63,914 nt of DNA, filler included, from Octopus bimaculoides (GCF_001194135.2; 9 parts of 8 records of this genome joined end to end with filler, not necessarily neighbours in it), one strand, 5' to 3'; positions 26,506 through 40,145 are shown, counted from the whole stretch's first letter. Notes: generated from the letters alone by a model not told the origin. Made by a program: numbers and translations.

Positions 26506-27314
26506 TTCCACTAGTGTTATGTTTCAAAAATGTTTTCGTCATGACTCCAGTGACACTAAAAATTCTATAAGCAATTTCTGATGCCTAGTTCCTTTCTACC
26601 CACCGTGTATATATATATTTGAGCCCTTGTAGCCAATAATGAAAGAAGTAATAGATTTAGCCCAGTGCTCTTCCAAATCGGTAGAGCATCGGACTATATG
26701 CCTTTCAGTGTCTAACAACACTTCTTTACGTTCGGTGTTCAAATCATGCCGTGATTGGCTTCACCTTAACCATTCCGAGGTCAACGAAATAACTACCAAT
26801 CAAGCATTGTGGCTGCATTAAGGAACTGTACCCTTGCTGAATTTTAGCAAACATGTGGCCTTGTGTCAATGCTAGAAATCAATATTAAATGTCTGTATTC
26901 CACACACCTTAAATGACCTGTATCACAGTAGCCATTGTAATTTATTACGGATCGGGCAAGAGTGAAAAGAAGGAAGAGTGTCACTAGTTATTAACTTACC
27001 TTAATCCAATAAAACCTAATTGTAATCTAATTAACTTTGCCAATATTGTATAAATGGTCGCAATATCGATAGAACAATGACTCAGTAACTGGATGCTGAG
27101 AGGAATATTTCACTGTTTTAGTTCCATGTAAGAAACCTTGTGAGGAATTAATAATTTATTAGGGGTACCGAAAAGTAATGTGGCGTTTCATGCAGTGAGT
27201 TCAAATCAGCATAAAACCTATCACAAATGAAACCTATTTATTCACTGAAAATATAATCGCCATCGTTAGCTATAAAATTTTCCCACCTCGGAACCAATTC
27301 TTATTTCGTGAGCA

Positions 27315-27315
<1 letters not shown>

Positions 27316-27412
<97 letters not shown>
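27316..27412. repeat. (TAA)n microsatellite
   Basis: Direct reading. Confidence 0.95.
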
Positions 27413-27671
27413 GGAATAACAACAGAAAAACAGATGGTATAGGCATACGCCAGAAAAGGTCACAGAAGAGAAAGCAACCATACTCTGGGATATGCCAATA
27501 CACACATAGAGAAATTAAGGTCAATAGACCGGATATAGTTGTCAGAGATCACCAAGAAAAAAATGCTTTCTAATCGATGTATCAATACGAACAGATGACA
27601 ATATTTCTCCAAAAGAAATGGAGAAACCTTCAAAATACAAAGATGTGGAAATAGAGGTAACTCGAACTGGA
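27413..27671 (+). mobile_element. R4/Dong-clade non-LTR retrotransposon, restriction-like endonuclease fragment
   Basis: WYRHTPEKV...ILWDMPIHTHREIKVNRPDIVVRD..(frameshift)..CFLIDVSI..DDNI..KEMEK.SKYKD.EIE..R carries the PD..D..K RLE signature. It starts immediately after (TAA)n and runs into a gap. Confidence 0.85.
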
Positions 27672-28026
27672 NNNNNNNNNNNNNNNNNNNNNNNNNNNNN
27701 NNNNNNNNNNNNNNNNNNNNNNNNNNNNNNNNNNNNNNNNNNNNNNNNNNNNNNNNNNNNNNNNNNNNNNNNNNNNNNNNNNNNNNNNNNNNNNNNNNNN
27801 NNNNNNNNNNNNNNNNNNNNNNNNNNNNNNNNNNNNNNNNNNNNNNNNNNNNNNNNNNNNNNNNNNNNNNNNNNNNNNNNNNNNNNNNNNNNNNNNNNNN
27901 NNNNNNNNNNNNNNNNNNNNNNNNNNNNNNNNNNNNNNNNNNNNNNNNNNNNNNNNNNNNNNNNNNNNNNNNNNNNNNNNNNNNNNNNNNNNNNNNNNNN
28001 NNNNNNNNNNNNNNNNNNNNNNNNNN

Positions 28027-28060
<34 letters not shown>

Positions 28061-28889
28061 CGTATATATAAATATATACGCACACACACACACACATATC
28101 GTATATATATATATATGCATATATATATGCGGGTGTGTTTGTGTGTAACTTTGTGCCTGTGTTTGTCCCCACCACCGCTTGTGTTTACGTAGCCGCAGCC
28201 TAGCGGTTCGGCAAAAGAATCGATAGAGTCAGTACCTGGCTTTAAAATATATATATATCAAATATTACATACATTATCCTTTCGGGATCGATTAAATAAA
28301 TACCAAGTAAACACTGGGCTCAGAGTGCAATCGACGTTTCACCCTCCCACAAAATTGCAGGCCTTGTGCCAAAATTTGAAGTCAATATTTCCCTTTATAA
28401 TGTTTTTTGCTTTATATCCGGAATATCCAAGAATGTTAGGTTAAGAACAATTGATTTCGGATTGTCTTTTTAATGTACTATTTTCTGATATTTAAAAGCT
28501 GTTGTAGCTCGGCTTTTATGTAATTCCTTTTTCTAATTCTTACATAGTTGTGTCTTCGCTCTTAACAAATATAGTGTAAACCAATTTTAATCCGTCGTTA
28601 AGACATCAATGAAAAATGCATTCGTATAAATGTAATATATTTTGAATATTATTGGATTTGTAAAAAGGAATTCAGTCAAATTTAGAAGCGAAAACAAAGA
28701 AATAATAGCTTGAACCGTAAGCAGCTATGCACACACTCGCACACATTTACACAAATATACACACACACACTAACCATATACGTATACGCACATTAGTTAC
28801 ATACAAACATCGACTGTACAGATGTAAGCGCATAAACATGGATCATTTGGTACATACGACAAATATGCACACAGATACGCGGAGAAAAT

Positions 28890-29330
28890 AATGAGTTCGA
28901 ATTTTGATAGAAGGCCAGTAATTTTAGGTGGAGACGCAAGTCGGTTATATCGACCTAAGTGCTCACCTGTTACTTGTTCAATCGAACTCGTAGCATAAGA
29001 AGCAAAGTCGATCTCGGTAGAATGTGAACTCGAAACACAGAGGAGTTTGAACTCGGTGGAATTTGAATTCGGAACTGGAAAGACGTATTCGTCAACGCGG
29101 TAACAACTCTGCTTGCACGCCGCTGGACACACAGCGAGTAATTTTTCCTATTATAGGCACTGGGCTTGAAATATTGCGAGAGCGAGGCAGTCGATCGCAC
29201 CAAACCAGTGCTCGTCTGGTACTTAATTCATCCACCGTGAAAAGATATAAAGTAATGTCGACCCTCGGCGGATTTTGAACTGAGAATATGAAGACATTCT
29301 CGCGTCTCAAACGCGTTAGCAATTCTGTCG
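28890..29330 (-). mobile_element. two tandem SINE family B copies, degenerate
   Basis: gaaaagatataaagt.atgtcgaccctcggcggattttgaac and aagcaaagtcgatctcggtagaatgtgaac. Confidence 0.65.
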
Positions 29331-29386
29331 TAACGCTACCTTACTCACAGAAAACAATAAAAAGATGACAAACACACCCAGCAATG

Positions 29387-29420
<34 letters not shown>

Positions 29421-29769
29421 TATATNNNNNNNNNNNNNNNNNNNNNNNNNNNNNNNNNNNNNNNNNNNNTTAATTAATTAANNNNNNNNNNNNNNNNNNN
29501 NNNNNNNNNNNNNNNNNNNNNNNNNTCAGCAAAAGTTGCTTCACCAACATACCGAAAATTTAGAAATAGCAGTTAAAATACTAATTCTACTAATACAATA
29601 TAAAATGCCAATTCTACTACTACAATATATCTCCAACAGATAGCGATATTCGTGACTCACATATGACAGACACTGGTCTCTGGGAGACGCAGGACATGAC
29701 AGCAATGACGAGGGACAAGGACTGCTAAAGAGAACTCATCCATGGATCTCGGGAATTTTACCCACCCTA

Positions 29770-29950
29770 GATCATCATCGTTTAACGTCCACTTTCCATG
29801 CTAGCATGGGTTGGACGATTTGACTGAGGACTGGTGAACTGGATGGCTGCAACAGGCTCCAATCTGATCTGGCAGAGTTTCTACAGCTGGATGCCCTTCC
29901 TACCGCCAACCACTCCGAGAGTGTAGTGGGTGCTTTTATATGCAACCGGC
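29770..29950 (-). mobile_element. SINE family E 3' part with (GAT)n tail
   Basis: catcatcgtttaacgtccactttccatgctagcatgggttggacg...ggatgcccttcc. Homologues lie at 30536-30640, 32255-32352 and 57676-57786. Confidence 0.75.
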
Positions 29951-30896
29951 ACATATATATATATTGTATACCACTGGTTGCTCTGTAACTAGACATTAAC
30001 TTCATTACTTACATGTGTGTGTGTGTATTGTTGTTGTTGTTGTTAGAGATTTTAGTACAAGATTTTTTAAAACTACTTGGTGGGGAATTCTTTTTATCAT
30101 AAAAATCCTTAAAAGAGCTCCAAAGTAGCAATGAATATAAGTGTAATATATACTTAAATATAAGTATAAAACAGAAACAGAACAATTAGAACAATGACAT
30201 CAATCATTTTAAGTTGACTTTAAATGTTTTAAGTAGAAAGAATGAGAGAGAGAGAAACAAAGGGAGGTTGGAATTGGTTTAACAACATCCTGGATTGAAA
30301 GGTAACACTTATCTATAAAATAACTGATAAAATAGATGAACATCTACATAAATGTTTGATAACATCAAAATGTAAGTGGGTTTTTTTTCTTTTTTATTAT
30401 TACAGACAGAATGTATCTTTTGTTTTTTGTGGGTGTATTTAATGGAATTTCCATAATAATGTTATTGAAATATCAGAGAAGGTGGGGTGGGGAACTACAT
30501 AAGAACATTGACCAGAAGGGATCCGGTTAACAACAACGTCATCATCATCATCATTATTATTTAACGCCTACTTTTCCAGGTTTGCATGAGTTAGACGAAG
30601 TTCACTTGAGACAGATTTTTCTACAGCCAACCCTCAGCTGTTTACAAGCACATTTAAAATTTGTTTTCTCATGGCCAGACATGTTCTTGTCAAATAATGC
30701 AAATGAAGACATAGCTCGGGTGAGAGTGACACTCATTTACAACTATTGCACAATTACAAGACAAGGAGACACAAATATACACACTCACACGCATATATAC
30801 ATACATATATATATACATACATATACATACATATATATATATAGATATATATATATATATAGATATAGATATATAGATATATATATATATATATAC

Positions 30897-30951
<55 letters not shown>

Positions 30952-30954
<3 letters not shown>

Positions 30955-31163
30955 TCTTTTACTTGTTTCAGTCATTTTGACTGTGGCCATGCTGGAGCAC
31001 CGCCTTTAGTCAAGCAAATCGACCCCAGGACTTATTCTTTGGATGCCTAGTACTTATTCTATTGGTCTCTTTTGTCGAACCGCTAAGTTATGGGGACCTA
31101 AACACACCACCATTGTCAAGCGATGTTAGGGGGACAAACATAGACACACAAACATATACACAC

Positions 31164-31202
<39 letters not shown>

Positions 31203-31440
31203 TATACAACAGGCTTCTTTCAGTTTCCGTCTACCAAATCCACTCACAAGGCTTTGGTCAGCCCGAGGCTATANNNNNNNNNNGGCTTCTTTCAGTTTCC
31301 GTCTACCAAATCCACTCACAAGGCTTTGGTCAGCCCGAGGCTATAGTAGAAGACACTTACCTAAGGTTCCACGCAGTGGGAATGAACCTGGAACCATGTG
31401 GTTGGTAAGCAAGCTACTTACCACACAGCCACTCCTGTGC
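30952..31440 (-). mobile_element. SINE family A, full length
   Basis: Matches 742-1153. A 10-N gap carries a duplicated overlap. Confidence 0.85.
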
Positions 31441-32798
31441 AATCATCATCATCATTTAATGATAAGAGGCGCATAGGAATGTGTGTAGGTTTTCTTTGAG
31501 GTCTATGTAAGTTCTTGAAGGAGTTTACGCTGGTCACAAAGTGACAAGACTTACTGTGTTCAGAAAATCCCTGGGATTTGTAAAACATGTGATTGAGTTT
31601 GTGTGTGCATATATGTAGCTGTATACATCTACACTTTTGTTCTGTGTGGACATGCTTCTTCAGTACTTAGGTGTGTGTGTTTGTGATAAAACTTCTTTGC
31701 TTGGGTCAAGAGAGTTCCAAGGATACTTGTGAAAATGCGAGGGAATTAACATGTGTGTGTGTGTGTGTTTATAAGTGTATGCATGGATATACTTGCCCTC
31801 ATGTATTGAGTGCATGTGATTGTATACATGCTAAAAGGCACGTACATATCATTGTAAGTATTCTAGGCAACGCAAACAAAGAATATTTTGTTATGGTTTT
31901 ATAAATAATCTTCACTGCATCACCAACTGACAGGATTTGAAGGATATGAGTCAATTCGTTTCATTCTATTTTGGAAAACTTAACATTTCCAGGTTTTTAT
32001 GAGAATCTCCATTGATAGCCTAGTGCACCTATTTAAATTATTTCCATTTATAATGCGAATTTAAAAATAGGATATAAGATAGATAGGTTTTACTTTTCCT
32101 AACAAGCACTTTACAGAATGTAATGGATGACTTTTATAGTACCAGCTCTAGAGATGTTGCTATGTTCCAGTGTTATCTCCAGCCATTTGCCAATCTCCTG
32201 TGAGAGCATGTCTGGCTGTGAGGAAGCATTACCTGATTTGTAAATATGGGGGGATTGGTGACAGGAAGGGCGTCTGGCTGTAGAAAATATGTCTCAACAA
32301 ATTCCATCCGACCCATGCAAGCACAGAAAAGTGGACATTAAACAATGATGATTTACCGAGTGTACTGGGTGAATTTTATCACAGCACTAGCACTAGTGAG
32401 GTTACCTTGTCTCCAACAAAACAAAAGAGTCCTCTGTTTTGGGACAAGGTGACCCTACGGAGTGACTAGAAAAGAGAATGATTGCAGAATGAAGGTGACA
32501 GGGAAAAAGAGATACAGAAAGCGAGAGAGAAGCAGATTAATGAACAGTGATATTCTTTTTTTCTTCTTTTACTTGCTTCAGTCATTTGACTGCGGCCATG
32601 CCGGAGCACTGCTTTAAAGGGTTTTAGTCAAAGAAATCGCCCCCAGGACTTATTTTTTGTAAGCTTAGTACTTATTCTATCAGTGTCTTTCGCCAAACCG
32701 CTAAGTTATGGGGACACAAACACACTAATATTTGATACTGCTTTTATTCTGTTTAGAGTATTTAGAGTATACAAGAGTATTTTCTGAATTTAATTTGA

Positions 32799-33012
32799 GG
32801 GTCCAATGGACCCATACTGTAATTTGTGTATAAAGTGAAATTTTCTAGTTTTTATAAACATACGGAAAATTTCCCATTTGACAAATAAAAGAGAGTCAGG
32901 AAAACATAAGAGTCACGAGAAATCAGCAGAATCAAATAATATAAACAATAGAGAAAAGCAACTGAAAAAACTGAATTGGGTCCATTGGACCCATTACTAG
33001 ACAGAAGGTTAA
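32799..33012. mobile_element. MITE-like relic with inverted subterminal palindromes, ending in TTAA (piggyBac/Kolobok-like)
   Basis: GGGTCCAATGGACCC at 32799-32813 and its reverse complement at 32978-32992, followed by ...cagaagg TTAA. Confidence 0.5.
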
Positions 33013-33800
33013 TAACACCCTTGGGCGTCTTTAGTGAAGTCAATACTGTTGCAAGATTTTCTCCTTTCCTCTCCCACACCAGTGTATGCGTGAATGAGAG
33101 AGAGAGGGAGAGTGTGTGTACGCATAAGTATGCATGAATGTGTGTGTGTATGCATAAGGGTATATGAATGTGTGTGTGTACATATGCCTGTGAGCTTGTA
33201 TATCTGTATGTATGTATGTATGCATGTATGTACATATGCATGTAATATGTGTGTATGTATGTATACATGTATAGTATATATATATATATATGTATATATA
33301 TATAATATACAAGAATAAGGGCAGGGAATTTATATTTGATACCTCTAAGTTAGGTGGTTAAACCGTAATCNNNNNNNNNNNNNNNNNNNNNNNNNNNNNN
33401 NNNNNNNNNNNNNNNNNNNNNNNNNNNNNNNNNNNNNNNNNNNNNNNNNNNNNNNNNNNNNNNNNNNNNNNNNNNNNNNNNNNNNNNNNNNNNNNNNNNN
33501 NNNNNNNNNNNNNNNNNNNNNNNNNNNNNNNNNNNNNNNNNNNNNNNNNNNNNNNNNNNNNNNNNNNNNNNNNNNNNNNNNNNNNNNNNNNNNNNNNNNN
33601 NNNNNNNNNNNNNNNNNNNNNNNNNNNNNNNNNNNNNNNNNNNNNNNNNNNNNNNNNNNNNNNNNNNNNNNNNNNNNNNNNNNNNNNNNNNNNNNNNNNN
33701 NNNNNNNNNNNNNNNNNNNNNNNNNNNNNNNNNNNNNNNNNATTTCTAAATTTTCAGTATGTTGGAGAAGCAACTCAATGCTAATCCCTGTATATTTATG

Positions 33801-33835
<35 letters not shown>

Positions 33836-34343
33836 TATACATGCATACATGTATACATACATACACACATAATACATGCATACGTACATACATGCATACA
33901 TGCATCAAGATACAATGACTGAAACAAGTAAAAGACAAAAGATTCTATCTTTTACTTGTTTTAGTCATTAGATTGTGGCCATGCTGGGGCACTGCCTTGA
34001 AGAACTTTTTAGGCAAAGGAATCAACCCCAGTACTTATGTCTTTTTTAAGCCTGGTACTTATTCTATCAAACTCATTTTGTTGAACCGCTAAGTTACAGG
34101 AATGAAAACAAACTAACACCAGTTGTCAAGTGGTGTTTGAGGACAAACATAAACACACACACACACACATATATACGATGAGCCTTTTCAGATTTCATCT
34201 ACATGTATGCATGCATGGATGTACACATATTTCATTATGCATGTATTGTCTGTATGCATGTACTCTATGTGTATATTGTAAATATACATGTATGTATATA
34301 TCTATATACATGTGAGTATGTGTGGGGGTATGTAGGAATGTGT

Positions 34344-34726
34344 GGAGGCGCAATGGCCCAGTGGTTAGGGCAGAGAACTCGCGGTCATAGGATAGCGATT
34401 TCGATTCCCAGACCTGGCGTTGTGAGTGTTTATTGAGCGAAAACACCTAAAAGCTCCACGAGGCTCTGGCAAGGGATGATGGCGAACCCTGCTGTACTCT
34501 TTCACCACAACTTTCTCTCACTCTTACTTCCTGTTTCTGTTGTGCCTGTAATTCAAAGGGTCAGCCTTGTCACACTGTGTCACGCTGAATATCCCCGAGA
34601 ACTACGTTAAGGGTACACGTGTCTGTGGAGTGCTCAACCACTTGCGCGTTAATTTCACGAGCAGGCTGTTCCGTTGATCAGATCAACTGGAACCCTCGAC
34701 GTCATAAGCGATGGAGTGCCAACAAC
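34344..34726 (+). mobile_element. SINE family C, full length (~380 bp, tRNA-like head, possibly Arg-derived)
   Basis: A box TGGCCCAGTGG at 34354-34364, a B box-like TTTCGATTCC, and a CAACAAC tail. Four near-identical copies occur in the window. Confidence 0.9.
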
Positions 34727-35079
34727 ATGTGAGTATGCTTGGGTATGTATGAATGTATGTATGTACATATATGCATATCTGCCTGTAACAGGATTTTATA
34801 CATCATCAGAAGATATCATCTACTCTCAACAGGTTGGATACCCTGGATCGCCATCTCAGTCTATCATGTGCTATCATTTACTACATGAAATACCAGTAGA
34901 AGCATGAAAAAACATCAGACAACCACAACTTAAAATTTAATAACAGACTTCTGTAATGTAGTATATGATAGTGCCCACATTTTCAACTGAGCTGAAACAA
35001 TGTATCTTTGTTCCATTACTAAAAAATAATAAATAAAGCTTATGACTACACAGGGGTTACTTCATATATTCAGTGCTTA

Positions 35080-35460
35080 TTGTTATCATATTTCTGTTGA
35101 AATAGTCTGCATTCATTTCAATTAATTTGGGAAACAATGCAGAATTTAGTAAAATAGCTCTATCCTTATTAAGTGTGTGTTTGGGACATAATATAACATG
35201 ACAGTTTGATGGAAGGTTTTAATTTAAATCACTTTAACCTTTTTGTTCGTTATGATATTTCTGTTGAAATACACCATGATTGTTCCAATAAATCTTGAAA
35301 ATAGTGGAAAATCTAGTAAAGTAACATCATCATAATTAAACAGGTGTTTGGAACATAAATTAGCATGAAATATTTGGTGGAAGAAGGTTTTAATTTAAAT
35401 CACTTTAGCACTTTCTATGTTTCAATTGATCTTGAAAATAATGAAAAATTTAGCATAACT
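35080..35460 (+). repeat. diverged tandem repeat, ~168 bp unit, 2+ copies
   Basis: atatttctgttgaaata...gtgtttgg.acata...gaaggttttaatttaaatcacttta is repeated. Confidence 0.75.
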
Positions 35461-35473
35461 TTGTAGAATAAAT

Positions 35474-35720
35474 ATATATATATATAAAACTGGGAATGTA
35501 TCTGTCTGTCTGTATGTGCACATCACTAAAACTCAAGATCTACGCAACAGATTTCATTCAAATTTTACATATGCCTGACTTAGGGTCTATGCAGTGTCAT
35601 GGCCCAAAAAAATGTTCAACTTCTTGCCTAAAGCGAGCCTAGAGCAATCTCTTATCTATCACACTGTCTCCATATTACGTGTCAAAAGTAAAACAATAAC
35701 ATCTTTATTAATACTTTCAC
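35474..35720 (-). mobile_element. Helitron-like non-autonomous element (same family as 24787-25080)
   Basis: Reverse-complement match including the (GACA) tract and the TATATA end. Confidence 0.7.
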
Positions 35721-35827
35721 TATTAAACGGTTTCAATTTCAATTACTTTCATTATGTATCTATATATATTAGTTTCATTTCTATTAATTTCAATATGTAT
35801 TTATATACATGTTTGTATATGTATGTA

Positions 35828-35869
<42 letters not shown>

Positions 35870-35912
35870 TGATTGTTAGCAAGCTGGGACACATAAGAAA
35901 GAAGAAAGCAAA

Positions 35913-35957
35913 GGACCACTGATGAGGTCACAGAAGTGTGACGAAAGAACTCTGGCC
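35913..35957 (+). ncRNA. compact type I hammerhead ribozyme motif
   Basis: GG-A-CCA | CTGATGA | G GTCAC-AGAAGT-GTGAC | GAAA | GAAC-T-C | TGGCC. Confidence 0.6.
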
Positions 35958-36099
35958 GAAATAGGATTAATGTAATGTAATGTAATATAAAGCTGAAGCA
36001 AATTAACACCAAATATACAGTGCGTGTGTTTTTATTGGCTAAACTGGTATCCATCATACTTGGTTTCAAATTTATTGGTTGAACTGTGCATCCATCATA

Positions 36100-36305
36100 C
36101 TTGGTTTCAAATTTTGGCACAAAGCCACCAATTTCAGGGAGAGGAGTTAAGTCAATTATATCAACCCCAGTCCTTAAACTGGTATTCATTTCATCGCCCC
36201 CAGAAAGATGAAAGGTAGAATCTAAACCTAGAACATAAAGATGAACAAAAAGCTGCTAAGCATTTTGCTTGGTGTGCTAATGTTTCAGCCAGCTCACCAC
36301 CTTCA
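36100..36305 (-). mobile_element. SINE family B
   Basis: tttcaaattttggcacaaagcc...gaaagatgaaaggtaga...gctaatgtttcagccagctcacc. Confidence 0.7.
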
Positions 36306-36469
36306 GAAGTCTTTTGCCTTAAAAGATTTGCTAGAAATAGTTGGTAGCTTCTGTTATCTATATAAGACAATGGAGGTGTCTGTAGTAAATGCACAGCATT
36401 TAAAGAAAGGATAGGTAGACAATGGTCAAAGAATTTTTACCTCTAAATGCAACAAAGAGTGTGTGTGTG

Positions 36470-36518
<49 letters not shown>

Positions 36519-37768
36519 CACCAAATAAAGGGCAAACTGTCTGATGCTTATGGACAAAGTACAATATTACAGTAGCAACCCTCAAGCCCTGAATGTGGAG
36601 TATATGTGGACAATGGAAAGAAAGAAATCAAGCAAACTGATGAATGTCTGTGTGGATGACAGAGTACAGATATGTTAAGCCAAACCCTGGGCATAAGAGA
36701 TATCAACTGTAGTGTGCTAGATACAAGAGTGCACTGATAATCACATGTGATGTGTATAAAGGATGATGGTTGGGTGGGGAAAAAAAAGTGTGAACCTATG
36801 CAAATAGAAGGTACTTGGGGAAGAGAAAGACAAAAGAAGATGTCGATATGTAAGGATGTGGGGCTCTGAAAAGGGGAAGATGAAGGGGCGTGACAAATGG
36901 TGAGAGGGTGTTTTAAAATAGATTCATTCAACATAAGCAAAGCATGATAAAACAGGACATAAAAATGATGCTAAAAATAACACGAGTGTATTGTGTGTGT
37001 GTGTGTGTGAGTGTGTGTGTGTGTGTGTGTGTGCACGCGCATTGTGTATGTATACGTTTGTATACAAAGAGACAGACAGATATGTATGTACACATACACA
37101 CATAGATAGATAGATAGATAGCATACGTACAGAAATAGATGCAGGCCATGTGTATAATATAAACACACACATCAAGTTTTTAACGTATTCAAAAATAAAA
37201 ATACAGAAGGACGTATACGAGAACGATTGATATAAATACTTAAGACATAGTTGTTTTGTTTTGTTTTTATTCATTTGTTATATGTCTTCCGTTTTCTTTT
37301 GTTGTTTTAGATTTTTATTTTCGCACACAAAACTCCATAATTCCGGCCCGCCCATAATTCTAGCATACTTTGGCTTGATCAGCTGGCAACTATTACAAAG
37401 ACAATACAGAATAGGAATATGTACAGTGATAAAAGTTGAATTAAAGTGTGCTATGTTTGTATTTGTTTACGCAATCAATACACGAAACACAATGACACAC
37501 AATTGTAGCGATCTGGCTTTTTTTTTCTCTTGTTGTTTTCCTTGTGTGTGTGTGTGTGTGTGTGTGTTTGCTCTGCAATATACATAAGTATAACCGCACG
37601 AGTGCTAACCCAAAACTTCTTGACGGATGTACGCAACCCGGTTACTATTCCTCGTCGTAAGCTTTCGTTTAGTTAATGCCGTCCTTCTCCTTCGAAAAAT
37701 GAAAGTGTTTTTTCTTTTTCGTTTGTTTGTTCTTCTGACACTTGTGTGTGTGTGTATATAAATATATA

Positions 37769-37810
<42 letters not shown>

Positions 37811-39230
37811 ACTGTTGAATAATTTTGTTAATTTTGTTTGCTTGTCTAATCTTACCATTATATCATTATATGCCGCTATGAAATATATTAATACAAAAGT
37901 TATGTAACCTAACAGCATGTTAGTTATCAAATGTTATTTCACACTGCACAGAGATCGATTTAGAATTTATATTTCTCGGTTAAATGTCATCAAAAATATG
38001 TAACACTGATATATTAAGCACCGTCTTAAGGTATGGACACGTTGGGTAAATTGATCGGAGAATCAACGAGTGCTAATCAATCTATTTATGCCGTGGTTTG
38101 TTGTCAATAAGTAAGTGTTATTGGCCCTAATACATTGCTTCTCCCGGGAGCCTATAATAGTGTTAAGGCGGACCCAGAATATTTTGCGGGACCAGCTAAA
38201 GGTAGCAGCTAACTCTCACTTTAATCATATCATACTGGAAAAAAAGAAGAAAAAAAACAATGACACATTAGATAATGTAATCTTGGATATAGTATGTCTG
38301 AAAATAAAACGGATGGTCACAGATGGGAAGTCTCTGGTTATAGGTTTGCAAGATAGGGGCTGGCTCGGTGCTAACAATAGCAATCAACTATATATTACAA
38401 GGTCTGGGAATTGACAAACTGTTCTCATATATTTATGTTTTGTTTTCATATTGCCGGTCCTCTTAGTTACCTTTACTCCATTCATGATTAATTAAATATG
38501 TAATACAACAGCGCTGATTCAATCGATCATCCCTTTTTAAAAAATACTCGAAAGAAACCGATATTAGAATGGGGACCTCTAAGGAAACAATAACTCGCAA
38601 CTCATCATCAGCTTTGTTATCTAAATGTTAACAAGAGAAAGGTCACTCAAATGCAATAAAAGTAAAAATACGAATTAAAAATAAAAGAAAACATCAAAGA
38701 AATTAACGGGACGACTATTATTGTTGATGTTATTTTGATACTTACTTATCAATTTCTTGTGCGGCAATTTTCCTTTTTTCGTACAATTTGTCGTTTAGGG
38801 CTCGCACACAAGACACAGATAGCGGAGAATGAGGTCTGTCTCCCATATTTCACTTTGTATAACTTATTCACTGATTATAATTAGATCTTTACCACTTTCT
38901 GTTCTGTAAAATAAATCCGTTCATTCAGTCAAGAGGATCATTCTTCCATGTTGACGAAATATAAACTGAACCGCTTACGCTATACATAAACAGACACTTT
39001 TTTTTTTTTAATTCCAGGAAATTGTTTCAGATTTGACTTTTCATTAAAATCTAAAACGAATGTAATTTATTTGTTGTTGATACTGTTGCTGTCTTTTTCA
39101 CAAATATTTTCTTTCTTTTGGTGTGTTATCNNNNNNNNNNNNNNNNNNNNNNNNNNNNNNNNNNNNNNNNNNNNTTAATTAATTAANNNNNNNNNNNNNN
39201 NNNNNNNNNNNNNNNNNNNNNNNNNNNNNN

Positions 39231-39755
39231 ACAGGTAGCTGCATCCTGACGTATACGTGCTGCCAGCTCCTGGAGAGTTTCGCCTGGCTTCCGCTGCATA
39301 TCACTCCAAAACTTGAAACGCTCTCTCACAATGAAAAGTGTTGGGTCGAACTGTTCTTTCATGAAGTCAACGATTTCGTCCATTGTCAAGTTGTTGATAT
39401 CTTTAGGCGGATTTTGTTGGGTAGCCAGATTAGCAAGTTGCTTGTAAACAGTAGCGGTCTGATTGGTCAGGAACACATGTGCTATGCGTTGTTCAGGTAC
39501 AGCATTAGCAGCCACAAGCGTACGGAATCTTGACCAGTAATCAGGCCATAGTTCTGTCGCTGAATCAAATGCAGCAAATGGTGGAATCGACACCATTGTC
39601 GAAGCAGCTGAAAAATAGCCACTAAAATCGCCTTCAACTTGTCGAGCACCAAACAGTTTTAACAGAGCATCCATATCTCTCTTATGTTGTTGCATTTGCT
39701 TGTCCATTTGTTCCCTAAACAATTTAATAAGTTCTACTGTCTGTTTTTCAGCCAT
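39231..39755 (-). CDS. Ty3/Gypsy (K02A2.6/Mag-like) Gag, N-terminal part, open into gap
   Basis: MAEKQ...IPPFAAFDSATELWPDYWSRF...AN...FLT...VYKQL.NL...ERFKF...RKPGETLQELAARIRQDAATC is uninterrupted for ~175 aa. Confidence 0.85.
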
Positions 39756-39795
39756 TGTTATTACGATGAATAATTTTACGGTAAAGTAAGCATGT

Positions 39796-39813
39796 ATCCT
39801 ATCGGCGACGCCA
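39796..39813 (-). promoter_or_regulatory. primer-binding site, tRNA-Ser-like
   Basis: TGGCGTCGCCGATAGGAT sits just downstream of the putative LTR end. It resembles the TGGCGCAGTCGGTAGGAT tRNA-Ser PBS (recalled, not searched). Confidence 0.6.
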
Positions 39814-39821
39814 ATAAACTC

Positions 39822-40145
39822 TGTTGTATTTCCCTCGGAAGACTCACACAAGACAACAACAATGAAACAATGAACTCAGACGAACCACAGTGACACACAT
39901 ATCCAACAGTCCATATAACACAAACCTAAATGTTTTGTATTGTCCCCTCTCTGTATGTCATTCATTGACTAATAAAGAATTAGTTAGTCAATCGGCTCGT
40001 GACAACTCAATAAGTTAGTTAGCGAATGATAACCGAGTCACAGATAGCTATCATCAGTTAGGGAGCGGAACGCTAAAGACAATGGTCAGCAAGAGAAATG
40101 AAATTTACTGTCAGCAACTGTGAGACAACGTACCACAACCCTACA
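39822..40145 (-). mobile_element. putative 5' LTR of the Gypsy element (distal boundary uncertain)
   Basis: Ends ...AATACAACA 8 nt before the PBS. The distal TG terminus was not fixed. Confidence 0.45.

Noticed and set aside
31212-31335. Exact ~60-bp direct repeat across a 10-N gap
   Set aside because: Unmerged contig overlap within a SINE A copy.
34344-34420. tRNA-like sequence
   Set aside because: It is the head of SINE C and continues into the multi-copy body, so it is not a tRNA gene.
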